Assembly: GCA_951406725.2 (NCBI GenBank)
Contig: OX597816.1
Coordinates: 129,022,001-129,086,000, forward strand
Direction: 5' to 3'
Origin: Octopus vulgaris
Lineage: Eukaryota
DNA: 64,000 nucleotides
The notes beneath the pieces were generated by a model, which worked only from the letters and a program-made list of their open reading frames with translations, had not been told where the DNA came from and did no database searches. The translations under genes and the position numbers were made by a program. Shown piece after piece: positions 48,781-61,246 of this stretch (positions within the stretch are counted from its first letter, which is position 1; each line of letters starts with the position of its first letter).

Positions 48781-51700
48781 ATTGCTTCTTACCTTGTATT
48801 GTCCACAGTGTTTCAACGGTTATAACATCATATAAATGTTAGTAAGGAAACAGTTTCAATGTTCTATTCAACAGCAACCCAGTACTATCAATGTTACTCC
48901 AAGCATTACTCTTCCTACAGTTTGAATAACAACTAGAAAAAGAAAGAGATTTATAAAGAGGGAAGAGATAAAAAATAAACAAACACAGAGTGAAAGACAA
49001 GTATGAAGATGGAAGAAAATGTAAACACTCTTGTTCTGTATCATTATGGACAATATATTTCCCCATGTGATTAGAATCAATTTTATTCGAAAGTTGTTTC
49101 AATTTATTGAATAATCTTAGTATAATTGTAATATTGTTATCAGAAAGTATGTCACTTAGTGCAAACTTTAGAGAACAAATGAAAGAGTCAATAAATTTTC
49201 ATTGAAAAACAGATCACATGGCACCAAATCTCAGAAAATAACTTGTTTCTTTAAGAATAAAATATAATTGTTCTTTTATATTGCCATTACCATGGTCTTT
49301 TAAGGGATTTTCTCTCCATCTCTGTGCATTCTGTTTTTCCATTACAATGAGGCTGTCAAACACACCAGCATTGTGTCATTTGTCCAGTTTTCATTTGAGG
49401 ATATCATCTTATTCAAATTTTATTTCATTAATTTTGTTCTCTTCAAATCTGTCTTTGTATAAAGGATGTGATAGGAGTGCTAACTGAACAGGATCCTCTT
49501 TATTTCTCTTTTCAATTCAACAAATATCGCATCAACTGCTTTCTAATGGTTTCATATTCCCAGCTCTCAAGAGATATGGCACAGAAGCAAATAACTGATG
49601 CATTATGTTTTTATTATTTTGAATTTCAACAGAATTGAATTATGGACTTTGCAGTAAACTAAACAAGTAAATAAATATCATGTCTTCGTCTTGCAATGTT
49701 AATTCTCACCTGTCATAAGAAAGTATCCTAAAATCAAAATATCAGACAATATAATGATATTACATTAACATTGTAACTATATGATAAGTGAGGATATAAT
49801 ATATATATAAGTGTCATTAATATCTCAATAATGACCTGTCAAGATGAGATGTTGATGCTTCAAATAGTATTCTTGATGAGAAGTTTTAATTCTAGATGGT
49901 TCAGTCCATTTAAACAAAACTAACCTTGAATTGAATAAGTCAGTGACTTATCTTGTCACCTTACGTTTCTGGGCTAAAATCGTTCCATGTGCTACTAGAC
50001 AGAAGACTGATATTACTTCACTAATTCAGTGATTTTTTTTTTTTTTACGTTTTTCACTTTATTGGTTCATTGTGAACAAAGTGAACTATATGCTTAGACT
50101 TTCTTAGACTTTGCAAGATAGATGGAGCAACATTCTGAAAAAGACAGAATGAGCCTAGTAGTTAGTGCAGTTCTTGAGAAGATTATTGATTTAGTTTGAC
50201 ATATTGTAAATACTGCCGCTGACTTTTCACAATGGTATTTCCAAATAATCATGTATCTTGTATACTTAGAGGAATGATATGTGTGTCTTTGTCTTCTCAA
50301 GATCCTCTACTTGCTTGCTCAAATCTCTCAAATCACATCCTTTTAAAAATCCTCATCATCATCATCATCGTTTGCAATGATATATTATGCTATGTAGTTA
50401 TAGATACACTTTGTTAGATAAGGAATGGGACGGTCACAGTGGAAGAGGTCTTATCTCTGAAGGGCAGAAACAAGCTGGATCTCAAAGTTTGATATAAAGT
50501 TTTTGGGAGAGTGAGATAGAATTGGAGTTCGGTGCTAGTGACACCTTAGAACTCATAGAATCTAGATCTCTTATATGTAATATGAAGAAGTTCAGTAAAG
50601 AGCAGAAATGGCATACATTCTGTGTTCAAATCATACGAAGATCAATTTTGCTTTCATCCTTCCATAAGCCTCAGACAACCACTGTGATTGGTTAGATCAT
50701 AAATAAAGAACCAATCAAGTACTAGGATTGATTTAATATTCCTAAATGCATCATAGGAGTGAATAAAATTATAATAGATGATTAAGACAGGCCACAATAT
50801 ATGCAATACCATATAATATAACTACGCTTTGAGCACTGTTGGTATCATCTCCAAACTGTTCTTGTTGCCCTGACCCACAAAAGTAGGTACAACACGCTCG
50901 TATAAAACTTACAAACACTTGCTAAATATACTTTTAATTTAAACTAATTATAATTTACAAAGAGTACTTACTTCCACTGCATCAAATGATTTGGAAATGT
51001 AAGAGGAATGCAAAATGAATTTAAACTCAAATCTGCAAAATGTGAAATAATTTCTCAGTCATTATGTATGTTCAAGTCCACAGGCTTCTGGGAGAAAATA
51101 ATGAGGGTTTGTATTGTTTATGCCTTTCTCGTGTACATTAGTGATCAAAAGGAATGGAAATAGCATCAAGCAGGAATTGAAATTCCAGTAAAATATATAT
51201 TGCCAAATACAGTATTCTTAATAATAATATAGTATGACATAATTTATTTTTGTTAAAATGCTATGGGTTTGGTGCAGCAATAGAGAAAGAGATATGCTCC
51301 AGTATCATGCATTACAATTATACTAGGAGGTGCTCCATCAAATAAGACAGGAAAAAATTGACATTAAAGAAATAAGGCTATTTACATAACAAAACCAATC
51401 ACATAATTATCTTGCTTTATATGCTACACATAGAGAAACAGAAATGCTCATCTGGCACTTTGTATATAATTATAATGAATACATATAATTAGATGATGTA
51501 TTACACTGTAGAATGATTATAATAAGAAACTCCATCATTTACTTTAGTTCAGGATTCAAAGTTAAATGATATTAAACAAATCATCACAGATTACTTTTCA
51601 ATACACTCTACTGTTATTCCCATTCCACACCCTTTTCACAAACGAATTACAAGATAAGATTTTATCTAGCTTTATTCATGAGTTAGATTGGCTGGCTGTG

Positions 51701-53343
51701 AGTGAGGAGTGCAGATAATTCAACAAGTTATTGTTCTACATCATTAACGACTCCATCAATGTTTCTCTTTAAACAGCGGAAATGAAAGGAACAAACTCTT
51801 CAAATATATCTAATACATAAGCTGTTTCATAATTATCACTTTTCACTTTTAATTGATTGTTTCATTTCAAGAATGCTTAGCTTGAAACAGAGCCATACTT
51901 CAAGATTGAAAATGTCCACAGGATACATTGCTATATACTATCATCAAAATATCCTAACAGGAAAATCTTATACTACTTCTTAATTCGGCAGCTGCTGTTT
52001 TTGTTGTTGCTGCAGCTGCTGTTGCTTTTGTCATTTCATTGTGTTTTGTTTCATAAATGTCTGCCCACAGATAGATATCCAATATGAAATAATTTATTTA
52101 ACCATCAGACATCTTTAGAAAGGATGCCAATTTCCATTAATATAACAGTAAAACAAAATTTACTCTGGACTCTATGAAACAGAGTGGAAAAGAGTTATTT
52201 CTAGATTTTTGTTTTCTTACAATAGTGGTATTAAGGTGATGAATTATTCCATACAACAACTCTATCAAAGTAAGGCAGTAAATTATCAAAACTCTACCAA
52301 AACCAAGTGTTATTTATCAGTTACTATTGAAAATACTCCCAGAGGAGAAAAATATTTGATAAATGAGTAAGTTTGGGGGTCTTTTGTCTTGGTTTGTTTG
52401 AGTTTCTTTCTTTAATTTACCGCCTAAGAAAAAGATTGGCTTTGACTTCTTGCTGAGTTTCTGCACTATCATTGTCAACTAACAGACAATTCTGAATCTA
52501 AATAATGGTGATGGAGTGAAAAACTGGCACTTGAGGAACAATTAAAAAGATAGAAAAAACTTTGAGTAATATACCAATACCTGATCATGCAAATCTTCAG
52601 AGAGTTAAGAGAAAACTATAAAACTTACTTAATTCTTCAAGAACTCATAACAATCTCATAACAATTATCTTGTTAAATAAACAAAATATAAAATTGTGAC
52701 ACATAAAAGGTAGTTCTTGTGTGTAACTAACAATAATAGTTTGAGTGTGAGAATGAAAGTGCGTGTGTATGTATGCACACATAATCATGTGTATGTGCAT
52801 ATACATGCATGTATGTGTCTATATTTGTGTTTTGAGCTAAGTTTCTTTACAATTTTGTTTTTTAAATTATGTTTATTTTTGAGACACTTCTTTTCAGATT
52901 GCTTTCAAAATAATGAAAGAAACCCAGCTGTTTTTATCATGATAAGAAAAAATTTAATGTTAGTTTTATTCATATCTATATTATTTATTTGCTTTAATTA
53001 TTTCATTTTTTTAATTTTTAATCTGTTATTCCATTACAATAAATTCCCTCTACAAATTGCTTTTCAATATAAACAATTGTCTATTCAGAAAATTCAGGTG
53101 CAAATGAAGGAGTCATTACCTATTAAAGGCATTTGTTCAATCCATACAAAAGCTGTGACTATATTGGTCTGGACATGGGATGAGAATCGATGACTTACAC
53201 TGAATGTGGAAATGTTTCAAGTTTGTTGTAAGTGACAGAGATTGACCAAGTTAGATGTAGTTATATTCTTGAATTAGTCATGCTATTTAAATAATTATTA
53301 ACAAATGTAAACAATAGTTCAATTTACCAATGAAAATTGTTTT

Positions 53344-53490
53344 TGGCTGTGTGATTTAGAGGTTTGGCTTTACAACAATGTGGTTTTGGGTTCAGTCCCA
53401 CTGTGTTGCATCTTGGTCAAGTCTTCTATGATAGCCCTGAGCTGACTAATGCCATGAAAGTGAATTTGGTAGATGGAAACTGAGTACAAA
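53344..53490 (+). mobile_element. SINE family A-type head
   Basis: ggctgtgtg..gggttcagtcccactgtg..tttggtagatggaaactga. Confidence 0.75.
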
Positions 53491-53492
53491 TC

Positions 53493-54271
53493 CATCATCA
53501 TCATCATCACCATTTAATGCCCATTGTCCATGCTGACATGGGTTGGATGGTTTGACCATGGCTGGATGCCCTTCCTAATTCCAATCACTCTGATAGTGTA
53601 ATAGATGCTTTTATTTGCCACTGGCACAGGTGCCAGTTGCATGATACAAGTATCTTCCACAATAACAATTTCACATGGCTTGATGGGTCTTAATATTGCC
53701 AAAGGTCCCAGTCATTTATCATTGCCTCTGTGAGGCCCAACATTCAAAAGGTGTTTTTACATGCTACCAGCACAGGTGCTAGTTATGCAACACCAGCATT
53801 GTCTACATTGCTTCCATGAGACCCAGTGCTCGAAAGGTGCTTTTTACATGCCACTGGCACAGGTGCCAGTTACATGACACCAGCATCAGCCATAACTACG
53901 ATTTGACTTGGCTTGATGGGTCTTCTCAAGTACAGCATATTGTCAAAGGTCTCAGAGACTAGTCAATGCCTCCATGTAGACCAATGTCTGAAGGTCATGC
54001 TTCAACACCTCGTCCCATGTCTTCCTGGGTCTATCTCTTCTACAGGTTCCCTCCACAGTTAGAGATTAGCACTTCTTTACACAGTTGTCCTCATCTATGT
54101 GCAACACATGACCATACCAGGTCTTATGCCTAACTTTTCTCTCAAGAATCTTACTCTCATTCGTACAGGCACACTGACATTGCACATCCAGTGAAGCATG
54201 TTAGCATCATTTCTTACAAGCCTACACATGTCTTCAACAGTCACTGCCCATGTTTCACTGCTGTGTAGCAT
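53493..54271 (-). mobile_element. Longest RTE LINE fragment
   Basis: MLHSSETWAVTVEDMCRLVRNDANMLHWMCNVS..LREKLGIR/WYGHVLHIDEDNCVKKC*SLTVEGTCRRDRPRKTWDEVLKHDL, then the repeated 3' UTR and (GAT)n. Confidence 0.92.
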
Positions 54272-54292
54272 ATTTTATGTATATATAGATGC

Positions 54293-54642
54293 TGGCATGG
54301 CTGTATGATAAGAAGCTTGCTTCCCAATGAAATTCTTTTGGGTTCAGTCTCGCTACATGGCACCTTCGGCAAGTGCCATCTACTATAGCTTTGGGTTGAC
54401 CAAAGCTTTGTAAATGGATTTCACAGGAGGAAACTGAAAGAAACCTGTCTTGTATGTGTGTGTGTGTCTTCATGCCTGTGTTTGTCCCCCCCCCCCCACC
54501 TGATAACTGGTGTTGGTGTGTTTATATCCCTGTAACTTGGCAGTTTGGCAAAAGAGACTGATAGAATAAATACCAGGCTTAACAAAAAACATAAGTACTG
54601 AGGTTGATTCATTTGACTAAAATTCTTCAAAGCTGTGCCCCA
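54293..54642 (+). mobile_element. SINE family A, 3'-truncated
   Basis: Head, body and most of the tail are present. Confidence 0.85.
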
Positions 54643-54902
54643 GGTCAGTGCCTGGAGTCAAACTCGGAATCTTGGGGTTAGTAGCCTGCGCTCTTAACCA
54701 CTATGCCATATGCCCACAGGCATATGGCATAGTGACCTGAACAACAACAACAACACTGAAAAATACCTTAGGAATGAGAACCCAGGTTCGAAATTTCCCC
54801 AAGACACCTGATGAAGGCTGGAGAGTATATCAGCCAAAACGTTATGTTAACAACAAACAAAATGAGGACAAATATCCGTCAATTGTAAATAATATAAATA
54901 AT
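54641..54902. mobile_element. Head-to-head tRNA-headed element carrying a minimal HHR
   Basis: Minus-strand tRNA-like head (A-box tggcatagtgg, B-box gagtttgactcc); perfect 16-bp inverted repeat at 54699-54714/54719-54734; HHR at 54803-54848. Confidence 0.75.
54803..54848 (+). ncRNA. Minimal type-I HHR (decayed)
   Basis: gacac-CTGATGA-a-ggctg..cagcc-AAAAC-GT-T-atgtt; the sibling at 5263 reads gtgtt, which restores stem I; G12>A fits CpG decay. Confidence 0.7.
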
Positions 54903-55344
54903 GTGGTAAAAATATGTTTGTGCATATGAAAGTGGCTCTTAAAGGGGCTCAATGTAGAACCAATATAATACTTATTGCTAGCTTATGTAATTACACATTT
55001 CATTTATTGATTGCTACTTATAAGGCAATTTGCATTCAAAGGAACATTGAGTGGTTAATCTACATGTAGGTGAACTAATCACAAAGAGTCTTAGAGAGCC
55101 CAGAACACAGAGACATACACATACTTTCCTACATGCATATATGTGTGTGTGTGCGTGCATGTGTGTGTGCATGTGCGTATGTGTGCATGTGTGTGTGTCT
55201 AAAATTCATGCATGCTTACATACACACATACAAACACACACACATATATATACTGTACATACATATATACATACATGCATGCATGCTTGCATACATACGT
55301 ACATACATACATACATACATACATACATACATACATACATAATT

Positions 55345-55490
55345 AAAGATAGGATAAAGTTCCTTCCTAAATCATATAGACTTATAGGGCCAGTTTCCTG
55401 GTTTCCATGGTGTATATTATTTCCCACCTGGATGGGATGCCAGTCCATACCAGAATTACTAAATTTTGCCAGCTGTGTGGACTGGAGTGT
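55345..55490 (-). mobile_element. V-domain-like SINE 3' fragment
   Basis: gtttcctggtttcc..ctggatgggatgccagtcc..gccagctgtgtggactggag, as in 35112-35367. Confidence 0.7.
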
Positions 55491-55818
55491 TTTTTCATAA
55501 TGACTGCTGCTTTTCATGCTTACACTGACTAGATGAAGATATGAGGCGTTGACAGGAGCAACTGACAATATCACCACCTGCTGCACCATACAAGCAATCC
55601 CAGATGAAAGCAAACACATGGACACATATTCATGCACACACATTCACATACATACCTTATATCTGCTCTTACAATGTATCATAACTTCTTATGCAGAATC
55701 ACACCTGCCAAGTCCCTGTGCCTGATAGGTTGAAACAGTTGTAGTGGTTCTGAATAAAGAGTTTTGTGAATTCCATTTTCTTTTTCTCATACATATATGT
55801 GTATATATATATATATAT

Positions 55819-56008
55819 AGGGAGAATTCACAAAAAAAAACAAGATGAAGACAGGTGGTGTAGACAACAAACAGATGTATTAGTTTAACACTCAGGAAGG
55901 GAAAAAGTTTTTAACATTTCGAGCCTACACTCTTCCACAGAAAGGAACACAGAAAGAAAGAAGGAGAGAAAATAAAGAATGTGTAGTGGCTAACGATCTA
56001 TCATGGCG

Positions 56009-56009
<1 letters not shown>
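55819..56009 (-). mobile_element. ~190-bp element in (TA)n with a variant HHR-like motif (55908-55944)
   Basis: Minus: ttt-CTGTGGAA-gagt-gtag-gctc-GAAAT-GT-T-aaa; downstream ttcctgagtgt..taatac is shared with the 30246-30447 element. Confidence 0.55.
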
Positions 56010-56047
<38 letters not shown>

Positions 56048-56053
56048 GAGACA

Positions 56054-56116
<63 letters not shown>

Positions 56117-56283
56117 AGATGATGCTTTCAGTTTCTCTCAAAAAATCAACTCACAAAGGCTTTGGCCAGCTCAAGACTATAGCAGAAGTAACATGCCCAA
56201 GGTACTGAGCCTTGGAAATGAACCCAAAGCTATGTGGTTAGGAATTTGATTAACAAAAACTGACAGAAACAAACCATATATAT

Positions 56284-56329
<46 letters not shown>

Positions 56330-56384
56330 ATGTATGTATATGTGTGTGTGTGTATGTACATATATATATATATACACATGCATG

Positions 56385-56426
<42 letters not shown>

Positions 56427-56427
56427 T

Positions 56428-56726
56428 CCCCGAGCCGGTGGCACGTAAAAGCACCATCCGTTCGTGGCCATTGCCAGCCTCGCCTGGCCCCTGTGCCGGT
56501 GGCACGTAAAAAGCACCATCCGTCCGTGGCCGTTTGCCAGCTCCGTCTGGCACCTTTGCCGGTGGCACGTAAAAAGCACCCACTACACTCACAGAGTGGT
56601 TGGCGTTGGGAAGGGCATCCAGCCATAGAAACACTGCCAGATCAAACTGGGCTTGATGCAGCCTTCTGGCTTCACAGACCTCAGTTGAACCGTCCAACCC
56701 ATGCTAGTATGGAAAGCGGACGCTAA

Positions 56727-56758
<32 letters not shown>
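56428..56758 (+). mobile_element. Young RTE 3' UTR copy with three ~60-bp units
   Basis: gccggtggcacgtaaaa(a)gcacc three times, CpG-rich, (GAT)n tail. Confidence 0.9.
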
Positions 56759-56887
56759 ATAAAGTAAAAAACTAAGGAAAGGAATTCTTTCAAACGGGTG
56801 TGTAAAACATCCGATTCACTGGTACATCAGTTGGATACCACATAAATATGGGTATAATGCAAATCACAAACAATAATATATATATAT

Positions 56888-57048
56888 AAGAGGTTTGTTA
56901 TGTAAGGCCAGAACAATGCATGAAGGTGCAAAGTAAAGTAGAAAAGGAAAAGAAAACAAAGTAAAGTTGCATTTTATTTTTATTTTTCCTTTTGTAGCTT
57001 CTTTTGTACCTTCTTGCATTGTTCCAGCCTTACACAACGAATCTCTTT
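56888..57048. repeat. Imperfect palindrome with ~70-bp arms
   Basis: aagaggtttgttatgtaaggccagaacaatgcatgaaggtgcaaa versus tttgtaccttcttgcattgttccagccttacacaacgaatctctt. Confidence 0.85.
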
Positions 57049-57103
57049 TAGAGTAATACCACACAATGCTTCACCAAAACTACTTTATTTTAATATATAT
57101 ATA

Positions 57104-57307
57104 CTTTATTTAAAAGCAGCAGAAATTTAACAAAAGCTGTTACTCGAAGTTTCATGAGTAACAGTAAAACTGTCTGACGAATGTGAACATGAAACTCCAA
57201 GTAACAGCTTTTGTTAAATTTCTGCTGCTTTAAATAAAGCATATTACTCAACCTCTGGTATTGAATACTCTTTTTTCCACCTTGTTTCACATTTATGTGT
57301 TTACTCT

Positions 57308-57310
<3 letters not shown>
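57104..57310. mobile_element. Asymmetric palindromic element in (TA)n
   Basis: Arms 57104-57156 and 57188-57239, plus an unpaired 70-bp right extension; TA runs on both sides. Confidence 0.85.
57170..57207 (+). ncRNA. Type-I HHR with intact consensus core
   Basis: ctgt-CTGACGA-atg-tgaa-cat-GAAA-ct-cca-ag-T-A-acag: stem I 4 bp, stem II 3 bp, stem III 3 bp, GUA site at 57201-57203. Confidence 0.8.
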
Positions 57311-57348
<38 letters not shown>

Positions 57349-59476
57349 TCATCATCATCATCATCATCACCATCATCATTTAACATTCATTCTTCCATTT
57401 TGGCATGGGTTGGACAGTTTGACAAGAACGGTTTAGCAAGAGGGCTCCATTAAGTTCTATGTCTGCTTTTCTGCTTTGGCATGATTTCTGCAGCATGGAA
57501 AATAGGCATTAAATGTTGGTCTTATAAATATATAAATATATATATACACACACACACACATGCATATATATGATATTTCCTGATAGATGAAAATGTTATC
57601 AAAACTTCCTCTCTGATGTTAATCAAATACATGTATGTCAAACACCAAATTAACAGAATTTGGCAAATCATGCTGTTGGAAAAATTTTTTATTGAGACAG
57701 GACTGTTTTCTTTCAGTCATGTAGGAATTTTATGATCGAGTATGAAACTGATTTCAATCTGATCAATGTTGTAGAATTTGAAAGCCATTGAACAAAAGAA
57801 GAAAGTGTAATTAGTTGTGAACCATTATTTACTTGCCATTCAGAAGTGCAGAGGAATATTAAATGATTGGGTCATTAAGCACTTTAGTCACAGAAATGCT
57901 TTTCAAAAGAAAATTCTGAAATTGGAGATTGACCGTTGATTGTAATGAGAGGAAAATTACATCTTATAAGGATCAATTCCTGACCTAATCTACAAGATTA
58001 TAGAGATTTTCAAACTTTCTTTCATGGCCAAGAGGATTGCTCTATTTCAGCCTACAAAAACCAATAACTTTCGTAACATTAACCCCTTTATTTCTTTATT
58101 GCTTTTTTTTCCTCCCTTTCCTTCCATTCCATTTTCCTCTCTTTTGCTCCCTATAATCTTTCTATCAATTTATTTCTATCTGCTTTCCCTGTCACCATGC
58201 ATTTTATCTCCTTATACTCAGGAAAGCTCTTCTGTTCCCAATATAATAGCTTCCATCTGTTGGTGGGGTGGGATAGGAGCTAGAAAGAGAAGCAGCTTGA
58301 TTGATTGTGTGCCACATAAGCCAGTATAGGATGAAGAATATTATACTGGCTTTGATGGCTGGCTGCATGTATAAATCATCTATAAGTGATTTGGTTGACT
58401 TTTAAGTACAATGTTGCTGATAGGAAGACTCTGGTCCAATAAAGATATTAACATTAACAATTTGCAAAGGTTAACAATGTAGTCTTGTATTCATACCAAA
58501 GTGCAGTCATGCTACAGAAAGAAAATACCAACACTAACAATGTTAATAGTGTACAATAATGGTTATTCTGTAGTTATTAACAAATTAGAATGACAACTAT
58601 GCAACGGACATTTGCAATAGCTTACAAAATACAGACTGATCCAAAAATCTATACAGAGCAGCTTATGTCTCTTTCTTTGCAAGGAATTAATCTACTTTTT
58701 ATTACATTTTTTTTTATTACACACTGGTCTAAAGAGGAAGAACAGTGTCCATAAGCATGTCAGGTTGTTTTTAGACTTGAGAATAAGGGTAAATGGAAGG
58801 GAGCAGCACAAATGATGTTTCATTCAGATTATTGCAATATGTGATTAAAGAAAAACATACAGAGAAATATTGTTCTTTCAGAATATAGTTCTAAGAAAGG
58901 ATAACTGGTTAAAGGGTTTTGTACAGAATCTAAAATGTGTAATTTTTTTTTTTTTTCATCTTTTAGTTTTAGTCAGGAGAGAAGACAATACCTATGACAC
59001 TTTACAAGGTTTTTGAGACTGATCAGAAGGAGAGAGAAGGGATCTTTGAATTGAAGTTCATGCTGAAATATTTTCAACAAAGTGAGCTCTACTAAAAGTA
59101 CTCAAGATGTTAGATGATGGTGTTAAACCAGGAAACAGATTAAGCTTACCGCTCAAATGAACAATGGTGCGATTTGAACTATGGTGGAATTTGAATTCAG
59201 AACACAAAGAGTCAGAATAAATATCACAAGGCATCAAATCTGACATTCTTGTTTTGCCAATCCAGTACCCAAGATTGGTACGTTTTCTTTAACAAATCTG
59301 AAACAATGAAAGATAACTGACCTAAATTTTTGACTCAGAGCACAGTGAATCAGATCAAATACTGCAAGATATTCTACCCAACATTTTAATAACTCAACCA
59401 ATTATCGTTTTAATTAATATATTGGGATGACAGTAGGATAGAAGGTATAAATACAAAGCAAATATAACCCTTTTGT

Positions 59477-59878
59477 TACTCTTTACTCTTTTACTTGTTT
59501 CAGTCATTTAACTGTGGCCATGCTGGAGCACCGCCTTTAGTCGAGCAAATTGACCCCAGGACTTATTCTTTGTAACCCTAGTACTTATTCTATCGGTCTC
59601 TTTTGCTGACCACTAAGTTACAGGGACGTAAACACACCAGCATCGGTTGTCAAGTGATGTTGGGGAGACAAACACAAACACATAAATACACACACACATA
59701 CATACATAAATACATATATGACAGGCTTCTTTCAGTTTCCGTCTACCAAATCCACTCACAAAGCTTTGGTTGGCCCGAGACTATAGTAGAAGACACTTGC
59801 CCAAGGTGCCACGTGGTGGGAATGAACCCGGGACCATGTGGTTGGTAAGCAAGCTACTTACCACACAGCCACTCCTGC
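59477..59878 (-). mobile_element. SINE family A, full length, inserted into a MITE family 2 end
   Basis: taacccttttgttac on the left resumes as catatttctattgaaatac on the right (to about 60050). Confidence 0.88.
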
Positions 59879-60914
59879 ACCCATATTTCTATTGAAATAC
59901 AGTCTTTGAAAATTATGAAGGATTTAGTAAAATAACCTTATCACTATAAAGCTAATGTTCAGAACATAAATTAACATGAAATTTTAACGGAAGGCTTTAA
60001 TTAAGATCACTTTAAAACAGGAAGTTTGTATCATAGGACCAGGGGCAAAGATATAGCCATGTTTGGTTATACTGAGTGAATGGGAGAATCATTTTCTCCC
60101 AGACAATACATTATGTTTACCTGATTCTTATTAAAGAACATCAATCTACAAAAGAGTTATATATCCTTAAATTTTCTATTTGTGTGCATGTGCGAATTCA
60201 TGATTTCTAATGACAAAAAAAACAAAAAAACTCGTATCTGTCCTCTAGGCACCAAATCAAGGTATTACTGGCGAGACTAGATGCAAGCCTCCTGGTTCAA
60301 TGAAAGAAGAAGATTAAAGCCACATCAGTTTATCATGAACAAATGTGTTTTTAATATTTGTGGATGGGAAAAAATTAATCAAAAATTATTTGGATATATT
60401 TTACTTTGTAACATTTTGAAAATTTTGATATCTATGCATTAAGTTGGCATAATTCGATCATTAATAAATCATATATCTGATACGTCTTTAAAAAGCATTT
60501 AACTATATGAAATAAAAAACGTACATCTATCTAATCATACGAAATATAGGTGATGAGATGATCTGTAGTTAATTGGCATATAAGGACTGTTAGCTCAACG
60601 CACGAGAGAATTACTATTTCATTAAAGATTTGCTAAAGTAAAAACATTTGATATTTGAATAGGTGTTCATTAGCTCTCTTCTTCTTAACCTCATTTTTCA
60701 ACCCCATTCCATCTGTGAAACTTAGAACTATGAGGAAAATGAAGATTAAAACTGAGAATTTTATTTATTTATTTATTTTTTTGTGTATATCAATGTGGCT
60801 GCTGGAGCTGTTACTTCTGATGATGATAATGATACTATTCATAACAGTGACAATAATGCTGTGATAACCATTAACATCATCAATATCTTCCTCCTCGTCA
60901 TCATCTTCCTCTTC

Positions 60915-60951
<37 letters not shown>

Positions 60952-61236
60952 ACATCACAGTTGTTTTTGTTATCAACATCAACAAAATCACTGGCAGCAG
61001 CTTTTTCATTGACATCATCATCATTACCATTATCATCATTATGACCATGTCAACATCATCGTCATTGCTGTCATCATCATCGTCATTTTTTTCATACCTC
61101 TATTTTTCTTATACGATATTATTTGATCTTGGTATTATGGACTACAGAAACACTCATTAGTTTAGCACTTCATCACCTACTCATTTTCTCACTCTAATTT
61201 TTTTTTCGTTTCTTTGTCTTTATCTTACCCATTCAG

Positions 61237-61246
61237 CTGCTGCCAG
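61237..61246 (+). other. Candidate 10-nt microexon
   Basis: ctaat branch-like motif, long pyrimidine tract, then cag|ctgctgccag|gtaagc. Confidence 0.3.

Noticed and set aside
52717-53193. 158-aa hydrophobic ORF
   Set aside because: AT-rich, low-complexity and partly microsatellite; non-ATG start; no motifs.
56428-56580. Repeat-spacer pattern of ggtggcacgtaaaaagcacc as a CRISPR array
   Set aside because: The spacers are homologous to each other and the block is part of an RTE 3' UTR.
60783-61160. Poly-I, poly-M and poly-S ORFs
   Set aside because: Degenerate (CAT)n microsatellite.
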